Source: Adineta vaga
Lineage: Eukaryota; Animalia; Rotifera
NCBI GenBank assembly: GCA_021613535.1
Contig: CP075497.1
Span: 2,976,001 to 3,040,000 of the forward strand
Length of the DNA: 64,000 nucleotides
Direction: 5' to 3'
Position numbers and translations under genes: made by a program. A model generated the notes under the pieces. The model ran no database searches. It worked only from the letters and a program-made list of their open reading frames with translations, and was not told the origin of the DNA. Positions 38,103 to 51,542 of the stretch are shown here, piece after piece; the first letter of the stretch is position 1; each line of letters starts with the position of its first letter.

Positions 38103-38913
38103 TGACCTTTGTTTCTCTCTATCATTTACTTATACAGTTCTCTCTATCTCTCGTTTTCTCTCGTTGCCCTAATTCACTCGTTTTTGTTATTGAGGGCATA
38201 AAGTAATGAGATGCATATGTGTATACATGTCTGCGGTCAGTATGAATTGGGTCAACTTGACCCTCTTCTGTTTGACCGTTATGGTCTTATTCCTCTTTTT
38301 TTTCCTACTTTCTTATGAGTATCGACATACACAACATTCTCATCGGACACTAACTATTGACCTTAGATATGTGTAGATTATTTGTTCTCTTTTCTATCGT
38401 ATTCATGATCAAATGTACTTGTATAGTTGAATTGATCGAGAAAGGAGAACGAAGAAGAAATTATCAAATGGATGACCGACAGAGCGATAGGCAATGACCT
38501 TCTTCTTCTTCTTTTCAAGTGCGAATAAAGAAAAAGAGAAATAGGTTAATATGACCTGAAAAAAAATCGATTATTTGAACTCAGTAGAATAGCTTTTATC
38601 GAAAGTTATTTAAATCACATTTGTCTTATGTGAATATTTAATTGTAGAGAAAATGAATTTTTCATTTCATTCATCATATTTTGTTGTCTTCGATGTGTAT
38701 TTTCGTCACAAATCATTAACAATTTCCTCAAATTGTGATATTTTTTTTTCTCATCAGTTATGACCTAGATCATTATTGACCATTGACCATTTACATTGTC
38801 TATATCTACATAAGGAGGTCGAACTGACCGACATAATTCCTTTCTCACTACTATGAAATACGTAGATGTATGTGAGTACGTGTCGGTCACACAATCTCTT
38901 CAATTGCTTGACC
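38103..38913. promoter_or_regulatory. Cluster of 15 GGTCA/TGACC nuclear-receptor half-sites, with three IR3 (ERE-type) palindromes
   Basis: GGGTCA-act-TGACCC 38249-38263, AGGTTA-ata-TGACCT 38543-38557 and AGGTCG-aac-TGACCG 38816-38830, plus single half-sites. Lies in the divergent NFIL3/ASB intergenic region. Confidence 0.7.
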
Positions 38914-39499
38914 GATCATAATAATAATAGTAGTCTAGATGATTTGTCCTTCTATTGATCATATATAATGAATAAGAATATAATTAATTCTTTAGTTCAA
39001 TGAACACTCAACTTGAACTTTCTTATTATAAAATAAAACAAAATAAAATAAAATAAAAGAAAGAAAGAAAGGAGTAATTGACATGACGATGATTTCAAGA
39101 CGATGAAAGCTAACAATAGAACATGTGATTGATTATTATGCGTAAATTGATTGTCGTCATATGTCACATGGCGCAAAACGAAGAGAGAAAGATATCTACG
39201 CCAATAAGTTACAATCTGGATGACTGGAACTGAGTAATCGAGTATTGCGTACATTTTCTCGTTATTTCTAATATTAACGTCAAATCTTTTTTCTGCTGGG
39301 AACAATAATATCGACGCAAAGAAAGCATAAGGAAAGACATCAGATGATCTTCGAAGACTCGGAAGGAACGCAAAGAAAAATTCCTAGGTCAAAGGCTAGT
39401 ACAAATATGTACATATAAATACTAGAAATCAAGAATGAGATAATGTAAGAAAACAAAGAAAAAGAAGCTAATCAAATCTATTCTTATTAACGAAATAAA

Positions 39500-41119
39500 A
39501 TGACTAATGAAAGTCATATTGATGAAGATTCATTATTATTACTTCTTCGAGATGCTATTGTTCAACATTCATCACTTAATGATATAAAACTTATTCTCAG
39601 GTAGATTTCATATTGATTTTTGTATTCTAATCTTTTCAAAATAATTTTCAGTTGTAAATATATTGATATCAATGGATGTGTTCGACGTGGTCTTCGACCA
39701 TTACATTATGCAGTATTTGAAAATGATTTTGAATGTGTTCGATTATTGATAGAAGATTATAATGCTAATGTTAATGTCTTAGATGAAGCTGGTTATTCTC
39801 CATTACATTTAGCTGCTAAATATGGTTTTCTTGATATCATACATTTATTAATTGATCATGGTTCTTTTGTTAATTTTCATTCAGCAGCAGCAACAAATAG
39901 TCAAACACGTTTATTAGTTGCACCTTACTATGATGTTATGATAGAACCACTAAGTCTTGCTTTAGAAAATAATCATATTGAATGTGCACGTTTACTTCTT
40001 TGTTCCGGTGCTGATGCTAATCAACAATATTTTCTTGGCTATGAAATTAATTTATTACCCTATGAAAATCATAGTTCATTGGAATTAATTCTTAAATATG
40101 GTGGTAATCCAAATGCTCTTTCACGTAGTGGAATAACACCATTGATTAAAGCTTGTCGAGAAGATAATGTTGGTGCAGTGATTTTACTTTGTCGTTATGG
40201 TGCAAATGTTAATTATGTAACGAGAAAATTTCGACAGAGAAATGCTTTGATTACAGCGATTGAATTGAAACGAAGTGATATTGTTGAACAACTTTTAACA
40301 TTTGGTGGTTTTGTAAATAAACATCCTGAATTAGCTAATTCACCATTGGAATTAGCGATACGAAAAGATAGTATCGATATCATTCGATTGTTAATTGGTA
40401 AAATTTCATTTCTCTTTCTTGAAGATTTAATTGAATAAATTATTTTGATTTTAGCATTTGGTGCTGATACGAATGAAGAATCGAATGACGATGTAGAATG
40501 TACAACACCATTGATTCTTGCTTGTCAATGTTCGTATTCAAAAAATCAATATGATATTGTTAAATGTCTTCTGGAAAATGATGCTCAACCGAATCAATCC
40601 GTTTCAAATAATCCTCAACATCTACATCAACATATTCCTTTTCGAACACCGTTGGTTGCTTATATTAAACATGCTCATGAACGACGATTAGATATGCGTA
40701 TCATTCGTTTATTAATTGGTTATGGTGCTCGAGTTTCATTTTCTCGAGGACGAGGTTTGTCAACATGATTTCATCGGTCGAAAAGAAAAAAACAACGAAT
40801 TTGATTTTTTTATCTTTTAGATAGTGTTCTACGTTTTTTACGTCATTTTCAATCGAATACAAATTTTATTGGATTACTTTGTGATGCAGCTTATTGTTTT
40901 CATCCAAGTTATATAGCTGAATGTACAGAATTAGATGAAAAAACAAAAAAAGAAATCTATCATCGTGCAACAACACCTTGTACATTGAAAAATATTGCAC
41001 GAAAACAAATTCGAACAAAACTTTTCAATTCACCATTGAAATTATCCATCGATCGTCTTGTAAAAAAACTTGATTTACCCGTTTTCCTTCGAGATTATTT
41101 ACTCTTCGAACATGCCTAA
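39500..41119 (+). CDS. Ankyrin repeat and SOCS box (ASB) protein, 4 exons
   Basis: Multiple ankyrin repeats (GLRPLHYAV, GYSPLHLAA, GITPLIKAC). The last exon encodes a SOCS box: PCTLKNIARKQIR...LDLPVFLRDYLLF. Confidence 0.9.
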
Positions 41120-41717
41120 TGAACTATAGTGTTTGTTTGTTTTTTCTCTATACAGATACATAAACATGAATGATAAATCATTTGGTGCTAAGCACAACAT
41201 AAATGACTAACAATATATCGTAAAAAAAAGATCGTATGAATATGATATGACATCGATTTATGGAAATCAGATATTATCAATTAAAAAGTAACGATATATA
41301 GCTGTTCAGGTGTAGGAAGTTTCTTTGAATCTAATTAACTGCTTGACTTGTTATTGAAACCTTGTGTTCTATCTTGAATAAATACATGACAAGGTTTTCC
41401 TCTTGTTAAAAGCATCTGAGAACTTACCACACATCTTTGTCAACGATAAAAAGAAAACTTCAGGTTAAGAAGAAAAATCATGTCCAGATGACTTTTTGTC
41501 TTCAATAAATCTTCATTGATATATATTGCATTCTACTTTCTTTTTTTTTCAAATGAAAAACATCTACACATAACACACAGAGAAGAAGAAAAAAAATAAG
41601 ATCATCTACTTTCTAGTAAAACAGGTGTCACACACACATATAAATATATTTCGTCTTGTTTATTCCTATGAGATTATCAAGCAAATGATTAAGTTCATTT
41701 CCATTCGTCAATGTTTC

Positions 41718-43616
41718 TTATTCTTCGATTATAACTGTTGTTGTTCGTTGAGAGATTTTCTTTTCCCGTCGAAAAATGAACCACCATATTGCATAAATCG
41801 GTATAGGTAATGTTGATATTGTACTCATTGTCCATCCTGCAATACTTACTCTTATTGCTGTTTTACGATCACCAAATGAAAGAAATTCTTGACTATCAAA
41901 TTGAATAAATGAACATATATAAAGTACAAAGAGAATCGATGGTGCAATATAACGACAAGTAATACGCCAATAAATACTCGGCTTATGTCCAGTCATTGTT
42001 TCAACATCTTGACTAAATCGATCCATTCCATATAGCCATACAGTGGCAATAAGTTCACATAGAACAATGAACATAATCGATGGTGATGTACCAAAGAAAT
42101 CCATAAAATGAACGATATATTTCCCACCATTAGTTAATGTAGGAATCGATGCTAAAAATGGAATTAAAACAACGAAAGCACGTGATATACGAGAATGTCG
42201 TGCTAGAATTGGAAACTCATCCGATAAAGCTGTATAAACACTTTCAGCACCGGCAAAAACACTATCAAGTCCTAATGTTAAAAGCATAATAAAGAAAAGG
42301 ACGGAAAAGAAAGGTGCACCACGTATGGATGTTAAAATTTCCGGATAAACAACAAAAACAAGACCCATATTACTTTCAGTAAATTGTCGTACATCACTTT
42401 TTAAACGATAGGATAAATATCCAAGACCAGCGAAGACAACAGTTCCATACAATAAACTTGTACAACAATTAATTAAACTTGCAATTAAAGCTGTACTCGA
42501 AACATTATCATGTGCATCGCTAAAACTAGCATAACTAAGTAAAACACCGAAGCCAGGTCCTAAACTAAAAAAGATTTGAACAGCAGCTGCTTGCCATACA
42601 GAATATTCACTCAAACGTTCGAATGATGGTGCAACATAATATTTTAAACCTTCAAATATACCATCTAATGTTAATGAACGAAACAATAAAATGCTTAATA
42701 CAAAATAAGGCACTAAAGCTGTAAACCAAATGGCTTTTCCTGCTGTTTTAACACCTTTGAATATTGATATATAAATGAGAAGAAAAACAAGCATAGAACA
42801 TCCAACTAATTCCCATTGTAATGAACCCAAATGATTAATATTTGGTGATAAATGAGATTTAAGCATTCGTCGTTCAAAATATTCATCAGCCGATGATGAT
42901 GAAGTATTCGATGTAAGATTAAGAATTTGTTCGCCATGTAACGAATAACAATTCTCTGTATTCCATTCATTTTTACAAAATGTCCATGGAACAATAGCAC
43001 GAAATGATGCCAAACAATAATGAATTGACCAAGCAATAATCGTATTATAATAAGATAAAACATAGAAATTGATAATTAACATTGAATAACCAATGCCTTT
43101 TAATGGAGGACAAACTTTATTCCATATTGTTATATAACCAAGACGGTGATATTGTCCAATTGCTAATTCCATATACATACCTGATGCAAAAGAGAGAGAG
43201 AGAGTGAAAGAGAAATAAAATGAATGCGAATGCTTAGAAAGAAATTTCAACTTACAGGGAAGACCAACAAGAAATAGAAAAGTAAAGTAGGGAACAAGAA
43301 AGGCACCACCGCCATTTCGATAACAAGTTGTTGGAAAACGCCATACATTACCTAATTAATAAGACATTTTGTTTATTTTTTCAAACAAATCAATACAAGA
43401 AAAAAGGAAGAGTCATTTACCCAGATCAACAACAAAACCAATAATTGATAATAAATAAACAATACGATTACTCCAATTATCACGATTACCTTGCATAATT
43501 ATTGTATCATATTTATCTGTTGTTTCTAATATCAACAGTGTTGTTGTTTTTGGTTGATCATGAGTTTTCGTACCAATCATAGGTAACTGTTCTTGTTCAG
43601 ATCTTTGTCGAGACAT
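41718..43616 (-). CDS. SLC6 sodium/chloride-dependent monoamine transporter (SERT/DAT/octopamine-transporter-like), 3 exons
   Basis: LLSIIGFVVDLGNVWRFP..CYRNGGGAFLVPY carries the TM1 Asp diagnostic of monoamine transporters. Also QIFFSLGPGFG and FFIMLLTLGLDS. Confidence 0.9.
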
Positions 43617-45051
43617 GAATCTATCTATATAGAATTAACCGGGTTTGTCGTTGATTAGTCTCATGATTGATGATATTTCTACAAAAAATTCGCATACGAA
43701 GAATTGTCGTCGTTTCTTTCTTTTTTTATATTAACTATAAAGATAGATCTGTCATTTCAATCTAGGCTTATCTCTAATTGTTTCTTTCATAGAAAATGAT
43801 CAAATGAAAGACATGTTACATTTCATTGATTAAATATCGTAGAAGAATCGAAATACAAACATTAATAAAATTTTGACATTATAAATTTAACCTTTCATGA
43901 AGAAAAACGAAGAGATAAAGATAACGAAAAGATTTTCGTACGTAATTTTGATCTTTCGATACCAATATATAATTTATGCTAAATATATGTAAAACTATTG
44001 TCAAGTACTTACGAAATCGTTTTCGTCATAATGATAAAAGATGAGAACGAAATCCATCTGATTGTTATATATTATTCTATGAGATTTTTTCTTATCAATT
44101 TTAAGAATAAAACAGATTTAACTGTTATGATTCTAATCATTGTAGTCATTATTTCTTCTATACGAACAAGAATTTCACTTATGACGATCTTTAACTGTCG
44201 AAATACTACTAATGATAATGAGCGTTAACTCGCCTATCATCAAACGAGTGACAATAAGTGTCATCAAGTTATTTTCTTCTTTTCTTAAGTTGACGCGTAC
44301 GAGTATGTTTGTGTATCTCTAGTCGTGATGTGCTGTTACTGATGCTTTCTGATGAAAGATCAATTAATTGAATACACACTATCTATGCTACTATCTTCAT
44401 TACAACAGACATATCGCCTGGATCTCTCATATTTTAAGCGTGTATAGAGGCGTTCTTCATTCTGATAACTGACATAAGAACGAGAGCGCAAAGGGTGGAG
44501 AGATGTGAGAAATAGAAAATGATGATTGTTTGCGTATGACAAGTAGAGTATAGAAGACCATTTGCCATCGCTTAAACCTTAGTATGTCGACTCGACTGAT
44601 AAGACAACGTATGTCATTCGTACACACAATAAAAAGTTGTCTTTAAGTGAGACAAGGAAGAAATCCAAGTGAATTTTCATATTTTATTTATATTTGAGGA
44701 GAAAGACAGAGAGAGAGAAAAGAAACCTCAAAGCTTTTTTTCTCTTTTCATAATGAATAAAGAGATTAACTACAATAATTTCCCTCGATGTATTTCTTTC
44801 TTTACATTCTGTCACAATAGAATTGTTTATACAATTATATTAGGATTTGTTTTCGATCTTGAGATATAGATACATATACAGGATATGAGATAGTTATTTT
44901 TATTCTTTTGGTTGCTTTTTAAAAAAAAGCATTATCAAATATTGATCGGAAGTCGTTCGTATGAGCTAATCCATAAACATTCATATATATCTAGGCCCTA
45001 CTTCACACACACACACACACATATATATGGGTAAGTTCGATGGTATTGCGT

Positions 45052-47880
45052 TTAACTACTTGTATCCAATCGGATCAATCGAAGTTTATTAGAATCACAG
45101 AGAACGGTTGCTGCTTCATTTTCACCGCCACAATAATGACTTGATGAAAAGACAGTTAATAAACGACCGTTCAATTGTACCTGGAACAGAATAAAATCAT
45201 CATCCAATGGATTAGTTTTCAAAAGAATTCGGTACCTTGAAACCTTGTTGTTGAACTTCATGTGCACGTACAACATAGGATAAAGAATTTTGTTGAAGAA
45301 AATCATTTAATGCTTTCGATGAAAAGAAATATCCTGTTCCTCGACGAATATTAGATATGAATCCATTGTTATTTGGTTCTAAATCTTGAATTTCATTTGA
45401 TAAAGGATCATTCCATAGTAATTCCCAAGCAAGTGGTGATTCATTTTCTGGATCTCGTAATGGACATGGAATTTGTGAAACTAATTTAAAAAAATCATTT
45501 TTCATATCTAATGACGGAATACCACCATGAACACATAGAATACGATTATCAACAAGCGCACCTATATATATATATATATATATATCCAAGAAATAGAGGA
45601 ATAATTGAAGATAAGAAGATATTTACAGATAGGCATAGCATCAAAACATCGATTGATTTCTTCCCATATTTGTTCACCAAGATCGGAACCAAATTTTCGT
45701 CGACATTCACTATGAAATTGAAACATATCTTGAACATTACGTAATTCATGATTTCCACGTAAAAGAAAAATCTACATGAAAATTTTGTTTTCTATATAAA
45801 ATCATTGTAAACTAACTTTATGTGGACATAGGACTTTTTGAGCAAAAAGATAAGCAACAACTTCAATACCTTCTTGACCTCGATCAACATAATCACCTAA
45901 AAGATTTCTTTACTAGATCTTTTCTTTCTCCCGAGAAGCAATACATCAATTTACCTAAGAAAAGTATGGATGCTGGTGTTAATACAGGTCCAAGTCGCCA
46001 GAAAGTTTTTTCAAAACAAATTAAATCACGAAAATTTCCATGTAAATCACCCACTAGTTCATCGAACAATGTGATATCAATCAACAAAAGAAAAAAGAGA
46101 CATAAGTTTTCTTACATATATAACAAGCAGATGAAATACGTAGCAAACGATTCTCTTTGATAAATATCGAATAAATTTGTTTACATAAAACTAATAAACA
46201 ACGAGCCATTGCAGACATATCAACTTTTCCCCATGCAAATGGATCTTTCAATGCTGGTCCACCTATAAAACCTTTCTAGGAGAAAAAAAGAAAATTTACT
46301 AAAGATAATCACCTTCTTTCGATCCACGTTCAAAATAACGTAATCCATTCAGCATTTCATTCGCATGTGTACGTTGATTAAAACAATCTTGACTATTTAT
46401 TCGATCACATTTATCATCAGCATCATCAAAAAATAGAGCTGTACTACCACTAATAGCTCCGGTTATTTCCAAATCATACAATGATGTTATATCGACAACT
46501 ACACCCGTTTTTTTCACCTAAATTTTTCGCTATCTAAAATACCGAGTTATTTTTTCAACAAACTTTCACAATATGAGTAGCGATTTCATATGGATGAGAT
46601 TCATCAATTGAAATATTGGATATTGCTGGTAAGGATGGTGATGGCGGTGGTGTACTACTTGATCGTCTTGTCATTGTCATTGTGCTTAATGTACGATTTG
46701 GTGTTATTGAAGGTATAGGAGATACTGTCCGTTTAAAATAATCATTTAACGATATATTTAAACGAAATAAAACGGATGTTCCACGAAATCGAAGTTGACC
46801 GACACCAGATAAAAAATCCATTAAAGTTAAAGTTTGATCACTTGATCGAAGTCCAAATGATCGAAACATTTGTAAAGCTTCATCATTTAATCTATCACCT
46901 ATTAGATCTTGTCCTTTATTTTTATGTATATCTTTTATCATTAATTTAAATTCATCAAAGGTCATTCGTTGATTATTACTTGTATTATAATAACGATAGA
47001 TATATCGACAGCGTTGTTCAGCCGGAATACCACCATGTTGAGTATTGGGATCAAGTGCAGCTAGACCAAGTAAATAATCAAGATATGTTAAATAATTTCG
47101 TTGTGTTGAATCAAAAGCACGAAAATAATTGAATAGATTGGATGAATCTAAACCTTTACGTGTGAGTAAATCTTTGAATGTTTCGAAATTCAAGTAATCA
47201 GAAGGTAAAACAGTTTGATGATATTCTTCATAGAGTTTTTCTTGAATAACTGTTGTAAATTTAGCTGATGAGAGTAATATTTCAGCTGTATTATGATGAT
47301 TTGATTTTGAAATCGTTTCAATTTGAGGAATTTTAATTTCTTCAAAAATAACATTCGTAGATTTAGTTGTCGAATGAAATATATCTTTAAATTGTTTATT
47401 TAATAGTAATGGTTCAATTCCTAATAATCTTGATAATTTACTAATATATTTCAATTGATTAGTTGTTAACCAGATAATTGCATTCTCCGATAATATATTT
47501 AGTTGTCGTTCAAAATCTATTTCATCAACTTTTCCATTTAACCAAATGTTAATGATTGTCATTGATTTAGGAATGATAGCATAGAAAAGAACATCACGGC
47601 CTCTAAATGGAAGTGTTTTTGTTGAACAAATTTTCACAAGTTGAATTTGATCTGAATCATAAACAAGAATGGGATCAAGTAAACGTTTAACTGTTTGAAT
47701 TGATGTTTCATTAGAACGACGTTCTGTAAATAGAAACCAAAGGCCATTTCGATATCGATAATTACTCATTAAATAGACATCTTTATTTTTATCATAGATT
47801 ACACAAACGACATAATCGGAGAATGAATATCCATCTATAGGATTTGTATTATTCTGTGTTAATGAACTTTTCTGATGCAT
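45052..47880 (-). CDS. PPP-family Ser/Thr phosphatase with N-terminal Nudix-like and EF-hand regions, multi-exon
   Basis: Spliced exons give GDLHGN, GDYVDRG, RGNHE, CVHGG, LLWNDP, RAHE and [10 protein letters not shown]. Exon 1 has EF-hand-like [17 protein letters not shown] and [14 protein letters not shown]. Confidence 0.88.
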
Positions 47881-48380
47881 ATGAAGATGAAAAATAAACG
47901 AAATAAGAAATAGTTGAAAGTAAACGGAATCTACTAGGTGATAAGAAGCGCTTATTTATATTTTTGATGTTTAGAGAAGTAAATATTTGCCATGAAAGAA
48001 AGGTATTATTGGCAACAAAAATTGAATTCATGATTTAATCGATGATATTGAGAACGTTTACCAAGTCTTATCGGTTTTATTTTGAAGTAGAGCAAAAGAA
48101 AAGGAACGAGCACAAATGAAAGTATTCTAGTAAAGAAAAGAAATATTTCAAAAACGAACAATAAACAACACAATACAATTAAAAAAAACATTGAAAATGA
48201 TGGCAAAGAAGAAAATTGATCCTTCTAGCCTAAATATGATAAATAGTAATAAGTTAGGACAATTAAGATAGAAAAACAACGATATCAATCGTCGTAGAGA
48301 AATAATGTCTATTAACAGAACACGATAAGTACGATAAATGTTCAAATTATCATAAACAAACAAGAATAAAGAGATAACTT

Positions 48381-51300
48381 TTAATAATTGATAGATACGG
48401 GCATATGTGTTTGACCTTGATGAGCCATATTTTCAGGATTAAAATGTTTTAAATCGCCAAGTGGAATGGACGAATATGAACCAGAACTAGCTGCATAACC
48501 AGGATGTCCACCTACGCCCGAACCTGATGCATAACTAGCTGATGAACCAGGTCTTTGAATACCGTCATTACCATTTCGTTGACGAAGTTCTTGATACATT
48601 TGTTGTTCGACTTGGTCAGTTTTTTGAACAATATCATAGGCTGGACGACCGTAGCGACGTACCAGTGTTGATTTATCCGTTCTTTGCCACGTATTATTAA
48701 TAGTGGCATCAAGTACTTCAATTGGAGCTGAACAACTAAGTGGAGCAGGATTAATAGCTGATGCACTATTGGTTCGTACCAAATTCGAATATGCTTCATG
48801 ATAAGCCTCACCAGCACCACCAGCACCACCACCTTGTTGAATATTGAGTTGAGCCGCCGATTGACTATGTTGATAATGATCAGGAATCGATGTTGTTTCC
48901 CCCTGATAGGTACCTGCCATTTCATGACCTGAAGTTGAATATTGCTGTTCTTGTTCTGTAGGGGTATAACCATAATTGACACCACCACTGTATTCAGCAC
49001 ACCGACCTCCATAAGCAACAGGTACATTATCTCGATAGACATAATCTTCATTAGTTATATTACCGTTCACACTTTCTTGCATACCACTACCACCACTACC
49101 AGCACGAAGTGGGACAGGAACAGGTTTTTCTCGATCAATAATGATTGGTCGTTGTGTAACTGGTACAGGTCGATCGACAAGTACAGGTCGAGCAACATGT
49201 ATGACTTGAGGGCGTACAATGACACCTAGGGAGAAAAAAGATTAATTCGAAAGATTATTTTAATGATCGAAAATATTTGAAAAAAAAAACTTACGTTCTC
49301 GAGGAACGAAGACAGGTTTAATAACAGGTACGTAAACATTACGTGGAATATAGACCACATTAGGTGGTCCACTAGGTGCTTGTTGTATAGCTGGACCAGA
49401 GGCTTGTCCTGTTTCGCCTAATATTAAAAAATTCAATGCAATTAGAGAAATGATTTTTCAAATCTTCTATTACCTTGTCTTGGCATATAGAAGACAGGTT
49501 GAATAGGTTGTACAATGACTCGAACTTCTCCACTACCACTCGATGATGGTCTTTTCTCTGTTTCTTTCTTATCATCAAAACCTGCAGTTGGATTGATTTG
49601 AGTTTGTGTACCACCATCATGACCAGTCCATTGTATTTTAGCGCCTGGTCCTCCGTTTTGTACCATACGTCTGAAATATATATTTTTTGAATAATGAAAG
49701 AGAATTGATCAAATATGAACGCTTTACTCAATAGCTGCTAGAATATCATTACGGAATCGTTCGAAATCAAATGCTGAGCCTGATTTAGGACTTCTTGAAC
49801 GTGAACGTGAACGAGATTGTGATTTTTCGCGTCCTTCACTCTACAAACAACAAATGGTTTTTTAATCGATTCATATACATATTAATAAAAACGATAGATT
49901 CTTACCTTGGCTCGTTTTTGCCAAACTTCAATAATTGTTGCACGATTGGTACTACTTCCTTCGGTTTGTTCTCTAAATAAAAGGATAGAAAAATATAAGA
50001 TCATATTTTAAATATAATGCTCGAAACTAGAATGCATTCGAGCAGTAGTTTTCATACCCGCAGCCACCACTTGAATAACCAGGAAAACTACCACCTGATG
50101 AACCAATATCACCAGAACCTGCTTCAACAATATAATCAGCAACAAGTTGTGCTTGTGGTGGAATAGGAAGACTAGCTGCTAAGTTAGCAAGTCCACCACC
50201 AGAGCCAGTTGCTCCAATAGGTCCAACTAATTAATGAAAAAAAACGAGAAATTTATAAAAAATATCACTTTTAAAACGTAGAATAAACACTAACCTCCAC
50301 CAAAACCCATACTACTTGTTGGAGCACCAAGACTACTCATACCACCGAGACCGGCTTGTGCAATGCCACCAGTTCCGATGACTTGTGCATGGTACATAGT
50401 AGCACCAGGTGGACATGGACCTCCAGGAGCAGCTGTTAATATCATTTGTTGCCATCCAGGTGGACATCCACTCATAGTTGATGCTGCTGGACAAGGTTGT
50501 GACATTTGTATAGGTAGTGGTGCCGGTGAAAGCGCTGAACTTTGGCCTTGAGATCGTGAGCGACTTTCTTTATCAATACCTTGAACTTCAATTTTGCCTT
50601 TATATTCATAGCCAGGTGGTGGTTCTTGTCGATGTGGACTATGATCACCACGCTCGATAAAGATTAAATCATCGTTAATATGACCATAACCATCAGGACC
50701 AGCTGATGTATGACCTTGAGAGATACGTGATTGATGTGCTTGACTATAACCAGCATGTTCGATACTATGTGTACGATGATGACGACGTCGTGAATGAATT
50801 ACTTGTTCAGTTCTACCTTCATCATCAGCAGATGGAATTGGTGAACGTACTTGTGGTGCTTCATTACCTAATACACTTGATGAACGTTGACCAATCAATT
50901 GTCTTTACAAAGAAGAAAAAGACATGTCATATAACAAATATCAACAGTTCTTTTAACACAACTTACTCAGGTATACCTTGAGTTTGATCGCCACCATGAT
51001 TTCCTACTTCACCACCATGATAACGATGACGATGTTGACGTCGATGATGTTTTATCATAGTTCCTCCTGCGCCACCATTAAACTGACCGTATCCGTTACC
51101 TTGCTGACTATAAGCAAAATTATTGGCAGCACCATAATGTTGCTGATGCTGTTGCTGTTGTTGTTGTTGCTGTTGTTGTTGTTGCTGTTGCAGTTGCTGT
51201 TGATTGTAATAACCAGTGGGACCACCTACTCCAAAACCGGCAGCACCATATGGAACTCCGTATCCATTACCATACTGTGCACCGTCATCTGTAATTAGAA

Positions 51301-51542
51301 AATATTTTTACTTAATTATAGATTAAAATCCAGATCTTACTCTGTTGAAAATGATGATGACCGTGATCTACTTTATGTATGGATTCATCGCGGCTTAATG
51401 GTGAATCACCAATACCATTTTGTCTACTTTTACGTTGACGATGATGACGATGACGATGATGATGAACGGGAACTCCTTGTGGTGCATATCCCGACGAAAG
51501 AGGAACAGCGCCAGCACCGGCAAAGCGCGGATCAATCATCAT
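48381..51542 (-). CDS. Large Gly/Pro/Gln/His-rich low-complexity protein with a Val-Pro-rich articulin/alveolin-like repeat segment, multi-exon
   Basis: A series of minus-strand exons bounded by GT-AG introns. The segment VVYIPRNVYVPVIKPVFVPRERVIVRPQVIHVARPVLVDRPVPVTQRPIIIDREKPVPVP spans about 49110-49360. Confidence 0.7.

Noticed and set aside
50978-51298. Poly-Leu ORF resembling a membrane protein
   Set aside because: Antisense reading of a CAA/CAG polyQ exon of the minus-strand gene.
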